Positions 41,730 to 53,621 of a DNA stretch of 64,000 nucleotides are shown in pieces. The notes under the pieces were generated by a model. The model was not told where the DNA came from and did no database searches. It was given only the letters and a program-made list of their open reading frames with translations. This DNA comes from Eledone cirrhosa (taxonomy: Eukaryota). The stretch covers positions 63,178,001-63,242,000 of the forward strand of contig OZ024745.1 of the NCBI GenBank assembly GCA_964016885.1. The letters run 5' to 3'. How positions within the stretch are numbered: position 1 is the stretch's first letter; the number at the start of each line of letters is the position of its first letter. Position numbers and translations under genes: made by a program.

Positions 41730-41771
<42 letters not shown>
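41730..41771. repeat. (AAT)14 tract: tail/target at the left edge of the LINE array
   Basis: Directly abuts the 3' end of copy A (minus strand AATAAAGAAATC-(ATT)n). Confidence 0.95.
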
Positions 41772-41773
<2 letters not shown>

Positions 41774-44700
41774 TTTCTTTATTAACCACAAGGGTTTACA
41801 TAAAGTAGACATTAAGGACAGTGCAGGACAATACAGGACGGTACAAATGGGAATTTCTGCGTGTAAAAAACAAAAACAGAGGGTGTAACAAAAAATAACA
41901 ATGAAAAATTCCCCAATAGGGGGGAGACTTCGGTGGGACATTTGTGGAGAAAGCCCAGTAAAAGGCCACAATGACACTGACCACCAAGGCAAGTGCCCTC
42001 TCCCAGTTTTCCACCTTTAATTTACAGATATATACTCAGAGTAGGCCCATTCACTCGGGCCATTCTTGCTTCGCTCACCCATCTTTCAACAAAATGCTGG
42101 GAAGAGAGCACTTCCCTCTCTACTCTGATTTTCCTTTTCAAATGAAATTTGAAAAAGTCAATCAGAGCATCACCGAAGAGGTAAGTGATCGTCTTCAGCC
42201 CTTTCAAACGTGTCCACCATACTATCTCTTTCGCAATGGCCACCAGACAGATAAAAACTGCCTGCCCTTCCCGGCTAAAGGAGGAGGGCGAGACAATCCT
42301 CACGATGGACTCAGATGATAGCCGGATCCGTCCTAAACGCGACAGCAGGCGTTCGACATAAACCCACAAGTCAGCAATTTTCGGGCACTGGACGAGTGCG
42401 TGCAGGACGGTTTCGTCGCCCTGCGCGCATCTCGGACATGCCCGGCTGACGGCACCTCCATGCTCCTCGGTAGCACTGCCAGGCCAGAGATATCTGGAAG
42501 TTGTCCATAGGCCCTGGCCTGAAAGTTCTTCCGAAGAGATTGGCTTGTTGATTTTCGTCGACGCCTAGAATTTCCCCAAGTACGTCGTCGCTCTTCCCCT
42601 CCACTAATCCTCTATAGAACGCCGAGGTGGAGTTTCCACCGATGACATTGCCCGATTGGTCGAGGGCTGTGAGCGCCTGAAGACATTCCAGTCTCCAGGC
42701 GTTCCCTCTCGGTCGTCGCTTGACCCAGGACTGCAGCTCCGTCAAGGAAACGAGCTGGAGAAATACGTGTCTAGCAAACGACGACCAGACCTGATCACCG
42801 TCGAGGAAGAGGTGGAAATGTGGTAGCCTGAGCGCGTGCGTGCGCATCATCAGCCACGGCATGCCCAGCCGTCCACGTGGCGGGTGTTGACAACAGATGG
42901 ACCGCCTGACCATCGGAGCGCGTCCCTTCCACAAAAAGCGAGAGAGCAAACGCTCCAGTGCAGTCAGGCGAGGCTTAGGACAAGGTACGACGGTCAGGCG
43001 GTAGCAGATGACAGACGCGATGTACGCGTTAGCCACCTCCGCTCGACCTTTCAGGGATAGTTTCCTCTCCGCCCATTTCTTGGTGAGAGAAACCACCCTG
43101 CTCGTCACCTCGTCCCAGTTTTTGTCCGTCTGGAGGTCCGGACCGAACCAGACCCCTAGCAATTTAACCGGTCCGTCCGTCCAGCGTCCGACGACGCTGT
43201 TGGACGGCATGGACCTGCCTCTCCAGGTGCCGAGCTGCAGGCCCACTGACTTTTTCTGTTTGATCATTGCTCCTGTCACCGCTTCGTATTCTCTTAGTGT
43301 AGTGCCGATCGCCTCGATGTGTTTGGCGTTCGACACCACTACGGTGACATCGTCGGCATATGCTGACACGGATCTTCCGCATCCTAGTTCGCGCGGGATG
43401 CCCCTCAACGTCTCCAGTTTGTGCAGTAATGGCTCGAGAGTCAATACGTACAAGAGGGACGAGAGGGGACATCCTTGGCGGACCGAGCGCACGATGTTGA
43501 ACGGTTCCGACAGGTGACCGTTCACTCTCACCACAGAGCAGATGTCGCTGTGCATGGCAGCGATCCAGCCTCTGAAGACGGACCCAAAGCCAGCCGCCCT
43601 CAGGACTGCCGCTAGATAACGATGGTCGACCCTATCGAAAGCTTTCGACTGATCTAAATTGATCAAGGACCCACCCGTGCCAGGTTCCCTAGCTACCCTC
43701 TCTACGATGTATCGCATGAGGTGGAGGTTGTCGTGGATGGATCTGTCGGGAATGGCGCATGTCTGCGCCTCTCCCACCAGACCACCAACGACAAGCGCCA
43801 ACCTCTTTGCTAGCACCTTGTCCAAAATCTTGGACTCTGTGTTTAGCAGAGTTATGGGCCGGAAATTATCTATGTTATCCCCCTTGTTCGGATCCTTTCT
43901 CAGCAGTGCCACCGCTCCTCGGCTCACAGAACTGGGAATTCTCCCGTTCTGTTGCCAGTTGCAGTAGACGTCCGCCTAGAGGCCTCCGAACAAGTCTGGC
44001 ATCTGTACGTACAGTTCATAGGGCAGACCATCCAAACCAGGCGATTTACCCCTTGTGCAGCCAGTCATTGCCTCCCTTACTTCAGCGGCTGTTATCGGCT
44101 TTTCGCAACACTTCGCCTCAGTGGCCGAGAGCCGCGGCAGTCCGTCGAGGTAGACACTAAAGTCCATCCCTCGACCCGGCCTACCGCTGCCCCCGAACAG
44201 CTGAGCGAAGTGTCGCTGAAAAGCTTCACACATTTGCCCGTGATCGAGTAGCATGCGCCCGTCGTGGTCCACCAAAGACCGGATCGTGGCTTTGTTGCCA
44301 CGACGCGCCTCCGCCACTCGGGCCCATTGAACGGCTTTCGTCCCCTCGTGTCTGAGAGCACGCACCCTTGCTCTGACAACTCAGCCTTCGTGCTTTGCAT
44401 TGAAGAAATGATCAAGGGCCAATTTCGCTGCAAGCACGTCGGTCGCAATGCCTTTGCTAAGCGCCTCGTCTAATTTTCTAATTAGTTCTCCCTCTGCTCT
44501 ATTTTTCTCTATTGCTAAAGCCTTACTAAACCTAATCGATTCTAATCTAATCGCTCTTTTCAGAGCAAACCACCACTTGTTGTTGACAATGGCCCCCGTC
44601 AACGCCCGCTTAACTAGTTCGCTAATCCGGTCTCTGTAGGCCTTGCACGCTGGTAAGGACGCGTTTAGCTTCCACTAGCCGGGTCCTCGTCTATGAAGCC

Positions 44701-47700
44701 TATCTAAGTCAAGCACACAGATCACGAATTTGTGGTCCGTGTAGCTGACTATCTTGAATTGTGGACAGCCTATGCTAGACCTATCTATTTCCCTACAAAA
44801 TACTCTATCTAGATTTGATCTGGATGACCCTATGCGATTTGTCCAAGTCCACATTGGCACATTCGGGAAATCCAATCGGTACCTGTCAGACAGTTCAAAA
44901 CGCCTGAGCAGGTTGGTGAGGCGCTTGCACCCTCCAACCCTATCCGCTAATCCCACACAGTCCCAGCGTGCATCTAAGATCCCGTTCCAGTCGCCCACTA
45001 ACACTAAAGAGCGGGACGTTCCAAGAAAGGTCTCCAGACGCCGGAAGAAATCAGGCCGCTCTGCTCCTGTCGGGGCATAGACGGCCACTAGTCTGAAAGC
45101 TTGCCCGTCTCCGCTGGTCACGTCCAGCACCACCAACTTACCCTCCGGGTCCAGGAAGATGGCCCGTATGGCGAGATCCAAACCTCTCTGAAAAAGCACA
45201 GCAACTCCCCCACCCCGATCCAGGACGGCTGGGAGATGCGTACACATCGTAGCCGCCGAAGATCGGTGCGAAGGCCCGTGCTTCGGAGATTCTGGTCTCT
45301 CTGATGGCCACTACATCTATGTTTAGTGACCTGAGGTCGTTGAGCAGGTGACCCTGATTCCATGACGACCCCAAGCCACGCGCATTTATGCTGCCTATTC
45401 TGAGTGAGGTCATTTTTAAAATAGAGTGGAAAAGATGGGAAAGACCACTTACCTTACTTCTCGTAGAGGAAGGATGGTTTCTCCATCCCTTTTCACTTGA
45501 TCGTCTGGTGAAGGGACCGTTGAATCGTCCCTTCGGCTGGTCGTCGGCTCTTCTATGAGTATGTCCGAATATACTCTTCGGTTGAGAGTTCCTCCTAGGT
45601 CTCTGAAATCACCAACTGCGTTGGGGAATTTCGTTTTAATGTGTGTGTATTTTTTCTGTGCTATTCTTACCAGTCTTATGTTCGTTGGTGTTTTGATTAG
45701 TGCTGGCATTATATAGTCATGCTGTGAAATGTATGTGTGTTCAATTATGTAAGTCATTAGTTTCTTGTGGTGTGTATTTATTGCCGTGCATTTGTTTTTC
45801 TGGGGGTGGGGTGTGATTCTGCTATTTTCTTGTCGTTGTTGCTGGGTGTGTGTGTTTCGTTGTTGTGTTTGCCATGTTGGTGCTTGTGGTGGTGGTGTTG
45901 AAGGTGTTATTGGCGGTGGGGTTGTCGCAGGTGGTGATGTTGGTGCTAGTGTGGGTGGTGATGGTGTTGGTGGTGTTGCTGCTGTGAGTCTCTTTGCAGT
46001 AGACTTTACCCTTTTTTCATTTCTTTCCTCCCTTTTCAAAGGCGACGATGCGCTGCCTCTGCGTTTGTGCCTTCTTACGACCTTTTGCCATCCCTCTCCC
46101 ACCTCACACTCCATGTCTGATTCTGTAAGGTCGGGGAGGGGTACCAGCTCCACTCTTTCACTTGTTGTTGGTGATGTTTGCACTGGTGTCTCTGTTGCAG
46201 CTGCATTTGGTATTGCTGTTGTTGTTGTTAATACTTCCACTGCTGCTACTGTTTTTGATTTGCGTGGCATGGGTATGGGTGCCACGGACCTATCGTTCCT
46301 ATTGTCCTGTTGCTGGTAGCCGTGGAGCCGGTTTCGGAAGGAGGGGGGGGGGTCTCCTTTCTCAGGGTCTTCTCGTTGCAGAAGGCCCTGAGGTGAGTCT
46401 TCGATCCACAGCGAAAGCATTTCGGGCGTTTGCCCTCAACACTTATGGGCAGTTGAGTGCCGTTATCGAAGTCTATCACATCTGGGATAGCTTCGATGCA
46501 CTCCTGGTTGGTTTGGATTAACATCTCAATGGAGGTGCCGACCTAATCTTCTCTTACTTTTTTCTGTACTTGCAGTACAGTTGTTTTGTCCTCGATTCCG
46601 ACGAGGACAGACGCGGCCAGCCAAGAAGGGGCCATCCCGGGGGGGACGTGTGTCAGTTTGACCCTCACAATTTTTTGCCAGCAGTAGGAGGGCACCAACA
46701 CCATTTCCTCGCTCCTTAGGATCACTACGGATTGAGCCTTTGCCTCCTGGGGTGTGGCAAAAAGTACGTCTACGGTGGCATATTTCTTGCCTCGGGTGAT
46801 GTGCGTTTTCCGCTGCCACACAGACCCCAAGGCTTTTTGTATTTGAGCCTCTGTGGCTCTTTCAACCCTACGGGATTTTGTACTTACTGTACGGTACGTG
46901 ACCGTACAGTAATGTTGGGTTTCGAAAATTTTTTCCGCTGCCTTGCAGATTGCTCGGTGTCCAGTTTTTGTCACCATCTTCTTCGCTTCCTCTAATTCCT
47001 CATTTGTTATGAGGACTGTTTCCAGGTTCTTCGCGATACCTGCAAACGAGATTGGTTTTTCTTTGCTGCTGTTGTTGTTGTTGTTTTCGTCAGAGCTGCT
47101 GTTACTTTTGTTGTTGCTGCAGATACTACGACTACTGCCGCCGCCGCTGTTGCTGTGGTTGTTGTTGTTGTTGTTGCTGCTAATGCTGTTGTTGTTTATG
47201 CTGCTGCTGATGCTGTTGCGGCTGCTACTGTTGTTTTCATTGTCACTGTTGCTGTTGTTATTACGGCTGCTACTGCTATTGTTCCTGACGTCAGACGAAT
47301 GAAATGGGTTTTCGTATTTCCCGCACACCTGTTTCGTCGTTGTCGTCGTCGTCGTGGAGATATCTTGCACGCTTCGCACGAGAGTTTTCTTTTCTGTCGT
47401 CGCTTGCGAAAGAGAAGGGAGGGAGAGAGACACATTTAAAGAAGGGAGGGAGAGAGACAATCTTCTCTCTGCTCGAGTGACGATTGAGGAAGAAGAAGAC
47501 GGAATGAGTGGGAGTGACCTATGCAAATTCTTTTTCGTAGCCATGTTGTTTTTTTTGTTTAAAATAAATATTGGGTACAAAACCCCAATAAGCAGTTATT
47601 TAACCCCACGGGGCCAAATAACGGACAGAAAGACCCCTCTCACGAGGAGGAGGGTGTTTTTGTCTACAAGTTGGTTAAAGTTTTAAACAATTTACAATTG

Positions 47701-47760
47701 TTATAGCGTTCAAAATTTACAATAGCTTACAGAGCCGAGCCTCCGTCAACCATAGCATTC
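41772..47760 (-). mobile_element. Tx1-clade LINE copy A, full length, inactivated
   Basis: Colinear with copy B. ORF1 (ATG 47544 to stop 45449) is broken by TAG at 46543 and a frameshift. ORF2 (ATG 45413 to 42022) is broken by a frameshift, stops at 44675, 44381 and 43976, and a ~29-bp deletion near 42462. Confidence 0.95.

Positions 47761-47817
<57 letters not shown>
47761..47817. repeat. (AAT)19 junction between copies A and B
   Basis: The only sequence between the 5' end of A and the 3' end of B. Confidence 0.95.
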
Positions 47818-47819
<2 letters not shown>

Positions 47820-48069
47820 TTTCTTTATTAACCACAAGGGTTTACATAAAGTAGACATTCAGGACAATGCAGGACGGTACAAATGGGCATTTCTGCGTGT
47901 AAAAAAACAAAAACAGAGGATGTAACAAAAATAACAATGAAAATAACAATGAAAAATTCCCCAATAGGGGGGAGACTTCGGAGGGACATTTGTGGAGAAA
48001 GCCCAGTAAAAAGCCACAATGACCCTGACCACCAACGCAAGTGCCCTCTCCCAGTTTTCCACCTTTAGT

Positions 48070-51000
48070 TTACAGATATATACTCAGAGTCGGCCCATTC
48101 ACTCGGGCCATTCTTGCTTCTCTCACCCATCTTTCAACAAAATGCTGGGAAGAGAGCACTTCCTTCTCTACTCTGATTTTCCTTTTCAAATGAAATTTGA
48201 AAAAGTCAATCAGAGCATCACCGAAGAGGTAAGTGCTCGTCTTCAGCCCTTTCAAACGTGTCCACCATACTATCTCTTTCACCATGGCCACCAGGCAGAT
48301 AAAAACTGCCTGCCCTTCCCTGCTAAAGGAGGAGGGCGGGGCAATCCTCACGATGGACTCAGATGATAGCCGGATCCGTCCTAAACGCGACAGCAGGTGT
48401 TCGACATAAACCCACAAGTCAGCAATTTTCGGGCACTGGACGAGTGCGTGCAGGACGGTTTCGTCGCCCTGCGCGCATCTCGGACATGCCCGGCTGACGG
48501 CACCTCCATGCCTGTAGAGTTTATCCCGAACTGGCAAGGCCCCTCGGTAGCACTGCCAGGCCAGAGATTTCTGGAAGTTGTCCATAGGCCCTGGCCCGAA
48601 AGTTCTTCCGAAGAGATTGGCTAGTTGATTTTCGTCGACGCCTAGAGTTTCCCCAAGTACGTCGTCGCTCTTCCCCTCCACTAATCCTCTATAGAACGCC
48701 GAGGTGGAGTTTCCACCGATGACATTGCCCGATTGGTCGAGGGCTGTGAGCGCCTGAAGACATTCCAGTCTCCAGGCGCTCCCTCTCGGTCTTCGCTTGA
48801 CCCAGGACTGCAGCTCCGTCAAGGAAACGAGCTGGGGAAAAACGCGTCTAGCAAACGGCGACCACACCTGATCACCGTCGAGGAAGAGGTGGAGATGTCG
48901 TAGCCTGAGCGCGTGCCTGCGCATCATCAGCCACGGCATGCCCAGCCCTCCACGTAGCGGGTGTTGACAACAGATGGACCGCCTGACCATCGGAGCACGT
49001 CCCTTCCACAAAAAGCGAAAGAGCAAACGCTCCAGCGCAGTCAGGCGAGGCTTAGGACAAGGTACGACGGTTAGGCGGTAGCAGATGACAGACGCGATGT
49101 ACGCGTTAGCCACCTCCGCTCGACCTTTCAGGGATAGCTTCCTCTCGGCCCATTTCTGGGTGAGAGAAGCCACCCTGCTCGTCACCTCGTCCCAGTTTTT
49201 GTCCGTCTGGAGGTCCGGACCGAACCAGACCCCTAGCAATTTAACCGGTCCGTCCGTCCAGCGCCCGACGACGCTGTTGGACGGCATGGACCTGCCTCTC
49301 CAGGTGCCGAGCTGCAGGCCCACTGACTTTTCCTGGTTGATCATTGCTCCTGTCACCGCTTCGTATTCTCTTAGTGTAGTGCCGATCGCCTCGATGTGTT
49401 TGGCGTTCGACACCACTACGGTGACATCGTCCGCATATGCTGACACGGATCTTCCGCATCCTAGTTCGCGCGGGACTCCCCTCAACGTCTCCAGTTTGTG
49501 CAGTAATGGCTCGAGCGTCAATACGTACAAGAGGGACGAGAGGGGACATCCTTGGCGGACCGAGCGCATGATGTTGAACGGTTCCGACAGGTGACCGTTC
49601 ACTCTCACCACAGAGCAGATGTCGCTGTGCATGGCAGCGATCCAGCCTCTGAAGACGGGCCCAAAGCCAGCCGCCCTCAGGACTGCCGCTAGGTAACGAT
49701 GGTCGACCCTATCGAAAGCTTTCGACTGATCTAAATTGATCAAGGACCCACCCGTGCCAGGTTCCCTAGCTACCCTCTCTACGATGTATCGCATGAGGTG
49801 GAGGATGTCGTGGATGGATCTGTCGGGAATGGCGCATGTCTGCGCCTCTCCCACCAGACCACCAACGACAAGCGCCAACCTCTTTGCTAGCACCTTGGCC
49901 AAAATCTTAAACTCTGTGTTTAGCAGAGTTATGGGCCGGAAATTGTCTATGTTATCCCCCTTGTTCGGATCCTTTCTCAGCAGTGCCACCGCTCCTCGGC
50001 TCACAGAACTGGGAATTCTCCCGTTCTGTTGCCAGTTGCAGTAGACGTCCGCCAAGAGGCCTCCGAACAAGTCTGGCATCTGTACGTAAAGTTCATAGGG
50101 CAGACCATCCAAACCAGGCGATTTACCCCTTGTGCAGCCAGTCATTGCCTCCCTTACTTCAGCGGCTGTTATCGGCTTTTCGCAACACTTCGCCTCAGTG
50201 GCCGAGAGCCGCGGCAGTCCGTCGAGGTAGACACTAAAGTCCATCCCTCTACCCGGCCCCCCGCTGCCCCCGAACAGCTGAGCGAAGTGTCGCTGAAAAG
50301 CTTCACACATTTGCCCGGGATCGAGTAGCATGCGCCCGTCGTGGTCCACCAAAGACCGGATCGTGGCTTTGTTGCCACGACGCGCCTCCGCCACTCGGGC
50401 CCATTGAACGGCTTTCGTCCCCTCGTGTCTGAGAGCACGCACCCTAGCTCTGACAACGCAGCCTTCGTGCTTTGCATTGAAGAATTGGTCAAGGGCCAAT
50501 TTCGCCGCAAGCACGTCGGTCGCAATGCCTTTGCTAAGCGCCTCGTCTAATTTTCTAACTAGTTCTCCCTCTGCTCTATTTTTCTCTATTGCTAAAGCCT
50601 TACTAAACCTAATCGATTCTATTCTAATCGCTCTTTTCAGATCAAACCACCACTTGTTGTTGACGATGGCCCCCGTCAACGCCCGCTTAACTAGTTCGCT
50701 AATCCGGTCTCTGTAGGCCTTGCGCGCTAGTAAGGACGCGTTTAGCTTCCAGTAGCCGGGTCCTCGTCTATGAAGCCTATCTAGGTCAAGCACACAGATC
50801 ACGAATTTGTGGTCCGTGTAGCTGACTATCTTGAATTGTGGACAGCCTATGCTAGACCTATCTATTTCCTTACAAAATACTCTATCTAGATATGATCTGG
50901 ATGACCCTATGCGGTTTGTCCAAGTCCACATTGGCACATTCGGGAAATCCAATCGGTACCTGTCAGACAGTTCAAAACGCCTGAGCAGGTTGGTGAGGCT

Positions 51001-51489
51001 CTTGCACCCTCCACCCCTATCCGCTAATCCCACACAGTCCCAGCGTGCATCTAAGATCCCGTTCCAGTCGCCCACTAACACTAAAGAGCGGGACGTTCCA
51101 AGAAAGGTCTCCAGACGCCGGAAGAAATCAGGCCGCCCTGCTCCTGTCGGGGCATAGACGGCCACTAGCCTGAAAGCTTGCCCGTCTCCGCTGGTCACGT
51201 CCAGCACCACCAGCTTACCCTCTGGGTCCAGGAAGATGGCCCGTATGGCGAGATCCAAACCTCTCCGAAAAAGCACAGCAACTCCTCCACCCGATCCAGG
51301 ACGGCTGGGAGATGCGTACACATCGTAGCCGCCGAATATCGGTGCGAAGGCCCGTGCTTCGGAGATTCTGGTCTCGCTGATGGCCACTACATCTATGTTT
51401 AGTGACCTGAGGTCGTTGAGCAAGTGACCCTGCTTCCATGACGACCCCAAGCCACGCGCATTTATGCTGCCTATTCTGAGTGAGGTTAT
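48070..51489 (-). CDS. ORF2: apurinic-like endonuclease, reverse transcriptase and C-terminal zinc finger
   Basis: APE motifs SINARG, ISET, VYAP, GDWN, WTW, LDR, TDH; RT motifs KSPGLDG, FRPITLLN, DQSKAFD, RQGCPLS, YADD; zinc finger CPRC-x-ETVLHALVQC. The start codon is ATA here, versus ATG in copies A, C and D. Confidence 0.95.
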   Translation of the reverse strand: MTSLRIGSINARGLGSSWKQGHLLNDLRSLNIDVVAISETRISEARAFAPIFGGYDVYASPSRPGSGGGVAVLFRRGLDLAIRAIFLDPEGKLVVLDVTSGDGQAFRLVAVYAPTGAGRPDFFRRLETFLGTSRSLVLVGDWNGILDARWDCVGLADRGGGCKSLTNLLRRFELSDRYRLDFPNVPMWTWTNRIGSSRSYLDRVFCKEIDRSSIGCPQFKIVSYTDHKFVICVLDLDRLHRRGPGYWKLNASLLARKAYRDRISELVKRALTGAIVNNKWWFDLKRAIRIESIRFSKALAIEKNRAEGELVRKLDEALSKGIATDVLAAKLALDQFFNAKHEGCVVRARVRALRHEGTKAVQWARVAEARRGNKATIRSLVDHDGRMLLDPGQMCEAFQRHFAQLFGGSGGPGRGMDFSVYLDGLPRLSATEAKCCEKPITAAEVREAMTGCTRGKSPGLDGLPYELYVQMPDLFGGLLADVYCNWQQNGRIPSSVSRGAVALLRKDPNKGDNIDNFRPITLLNTEFKILAKVLAKRLALVVGGLVGEAQTCAIPDRSIHDILHLMRYIVERVAREPGTGGSLINLDQSKAFDRVDHRYLAAVLRAAGFGPVFRGWIAAMHSDICSVVRVNGHLSEPFNIMRSVRQGCPLSSLLYVLTLEPLLHKLETLRGVPRELGCGRSVSAYADDVTVVVSNAKHIEAIGTTLREYEAVTGAMINQEKSVGLQLGTWRGRSMPSNSVVGRWTDGPVKLLGVWFGPDLQTDKNWDEVTSRVASLTQKWAERKLSLKGRAEVANAYIASVICYRLTVVPCPKPRLTALERLLFRFLWKGRAPMVRRSICCQHPLRGGLGMPWLMMRRHALRLRHLHLFLDGDQVWSPFARRVFPQLVSLTELQSWVKRRPRGSAWRLECLQALTALDQSGNVIGGNSTSAFYRGLVEGKSDDVLGETLGVDENQLANLFGRTFGPGPMDNFQKSLAWQCYRGALPVRDKLYRHGGAVSRACPRCAQGDETVLHALVQCPKIADLWVYVEHLLSRLGRIRLSSESIVRIAPPSSFSREGQAVFICLVAMVKEIVWWTRLKGLKTSTYLFGDALIDFFKFHLKRKIRVEKEVLSSQHFVERWVREARMARVNGPTLSIYL

Positions 51490-51524
51490 GTTTAAAATAG
51501 AGTGGAAAAGATGGGAAAGACCAC

Positions 51525-53621
51525 TTACCGTACTTTTGGTAGAGGAGGGATGGTTTTTACATCCCTTTTCACTTGATCGTCTGGTGAAGGGACCGTTGAA
51601 TCGTCCCTTCGGCTGGTCGTCGGCTCTTCTAAGAGAATGTCTGAATATACTCTTCGATTGATGGTTCCTCCTAGGTCCCTGAAATCACCAACTGCGTTGG
51701 GGAATTTCGTTTTAATGTTTGTGTAATGTTTCTGTGCTATTTTTAGCAGTCTTATGTTAGTTGGCGTTTTGATTGGTGCTGGTATTATGTAGTCCTGTTG
51801 TGAAATGTCTGTGTGTTCAATTATGTAAGTCATTAGTTTCTTGTTGTGTGTGTTTATTGCCGTGCATTTGTTTTTCTGGGGGTGGGGTGTGGTTCTGCTA
51901 TTTTCTTGTCGTTGTTGCTGGGTGTGTGTGTTTTGTTGTTGTGTTTGCGATGTTGGTGCTTGTGGTGGTGGTGTTGAAGGTGTTGTTGGCGGTGGGGTTG
52001 TCGCCGGTGGTGATGGTGGTGCTGGTGTGGGTGGTGATGGTGTTGGTGGTGTTGCTGCTGTGGGTCTCTTTGCAGTAGACTTTACCCTTTTCTCATTTCT
52101 TTCCTCCCTTTTCAAAGGCGACGATGCGCTGCTTCTGTGTTTGTGCCTTCTTGCGACCTTTTGCCATCCCTCTCCCACCTCACACTCCATGTCTGATTCT
52201 GTAAGGTCGGGGAGGAGTACCAGCTCCACTCTTTCACTTGTTGTTGTTGGTGATGTTTGCACTGGAGTCTCTGTTGCAGCTGCATTTGGTATTGCTGTTG
52301 TTGTTGTTAATATTTCCACTGCTGCTGCTGTCTTTGATTTCCGTGGAGTGGGTATGGGTGCCACGGACCTATCGTTCCTGGTTGCCGCTTGTCCTGTTGC
52401 TGGTAGCCGTGGAGCCGGATTCGGAAGGAGGGGGGTTTTCTCCTTTCTCAGGGTCTTCTCGTTGCAGAAGGCCCTGAGGTGAGTCTTCGATCCACAGCGA
52501 AAGCATTTCGGGCGTTTGCCCTCAACACTTATGGGCAGTTGAGTGCCGTTATCGAAGTCTATCACATCCGGGATAGCTTCGATGCACTCCTGGTTGGTTT
52601 GGATTAGCATCTCAATGGAGGAGCCGACCCAATCTTCTCTTACTTTTTTCTGTACTTGCAGTACAGTTGTTTTGTCCTCGATTCCGACGAGGACAGACGC
52701 GGCCAGCCAAGAATGGGTCATTCCGGGGGGGACGTGGGTCAGTTTGACCCTCACAATTTTTTGCCCGCAGTAGGAGGGCACCAACACCATTTCCTCGCTC
52801 CTTAGGGTCACTACTGATTGGGCCTTTGCCTCCTGGGGTGTGGCAAAAAGTACGTCTACGGTGGCGTATTTTTTGCCTCGGGTGATGTGCGTTTTCCTCT
52901 GCCACACAGACCCCAAGGCTTTTTGTATTTGGGCCTCTGTGGCTCTTTCCACCCTACGGGATTTTGTACTTACTGTACGGTACGTGACCGTACAGTGCTC
53001 TTGGGTTTCGAAAAAATTTTTCGCTGCCTTGCAGATTGCTCGGTGTCCGTTCTTTGTCACCATCTTCTTCGCTTCCTCTAATTCCTCATTTGTTATGAGG
53101 ATTGTTTCCAAGTTTTTCGCAATACCTGCAAATGAGATTGGTTTTTCTCTGCTGTTGTTGTTATCGTCAGAGCTGCTGGTACTTTTGTTGTTGCTGCAGG
53201 CACTACGACTACTGCCTCCGCCGCTGTTGCTGTGGTTGTTGTTGGTGTTGCTGCTGCTAATGCTGTTGTTGTTTATGCTGCTGGTGATGCTGTTGCGGCT
53301 GCTACTGTTGTTTTCATTGTCACTGTTGCTGTTGTTATTACGGCTGCTACTGCTATTATTCCTGACGTCAGACGAATGAACTGGGTTTTCGTATTTCCCG
53401 CACACCTGTTTCGTCGCTGTCGTCGTCGTCGTGGAGAAACTTTGCACGCTTTGCACGAGACTTTTCTTTTCTTTCGTCGCTTGCGAAAGAGAAGGGAGGG
53501 AGAGAGACACATTTAAAGAAGGGAGGGAGAGAGACAATCTTCTCTCTGCTGTAGTGATGATTGAGGAAGAAGAAGACGGAATGAGTGGGAGTGACGTATG
53601 AAATTTCTTTTTCGTAGCCAT
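51525..53621 (-). CDS. ORF1: 698-aa nucleic-acid-binding protein with CCHC zinc knuckle
   Basis: Ser/Asn-rich N-terminus, conserved central domain (possibly RRM-like), CFRCGSKTHLRAFC (CX2CX4HX4C), Pro/Thr-rich linker. Confidence 0.92.
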   Translation of the reverse strand: MATKKKFHTSLPLIPSSSSSIITTAERRLSLSLPSLNVSLSLPSLSQATKEKKSLVQSVQSFSTTTTTATKQVCGKYENPVHSSDVRNNSSSSRNNNSNSDNENNSSSRNSITSSINNNSISSSNTNNNHSNSGGGSSRSACSNNKSTSSSDDNNNSREKPISFAGIAKNLETILITNEELEEAKKMVTKNGHRAICKAAKNFFETQEHCTVTYRTVSTKSRRVERATEAQIQKALGSVWQRKTHITRGKKYATVDVLFATPQEAKAQSVVTLRSEEMVLVPSYCGQKIVRVKLTHVPPGMTHSWLAASVLVGIEDKTTVLQVQKKVREDWVGSSIEMLIQTNQECIEAIPDVIDFDNGTQLPISVEGKRPKCFRCGSKTHLRAFCNEKTLRKEKTPLLPNPAPRLPATGQAATRNDRSVAPIPTPRKSKTAAAVEILTTTTAIPNAAATETPVQTSPTTTSERVELVLLPDLTESDMECEVGEGWQKVARRHKHRSSASSPLKREERNEKRVKSTAKRPTAATPPTPSPPTPAPPSPPATTPPPTTPSTPPPQAPTSQTQQQNTHTQQQRQENSRTTPHPQKNKCTAINTHNKKLMTYIIEHTDISQQDYIIPAPIKTPTNIRLLKIAQKHYTNIKTKFPNAVGDFRDLGGTINRRVYSDILLEEPTTSRRDDSTVPSPDDQVKRDVKTIPPLPKVR

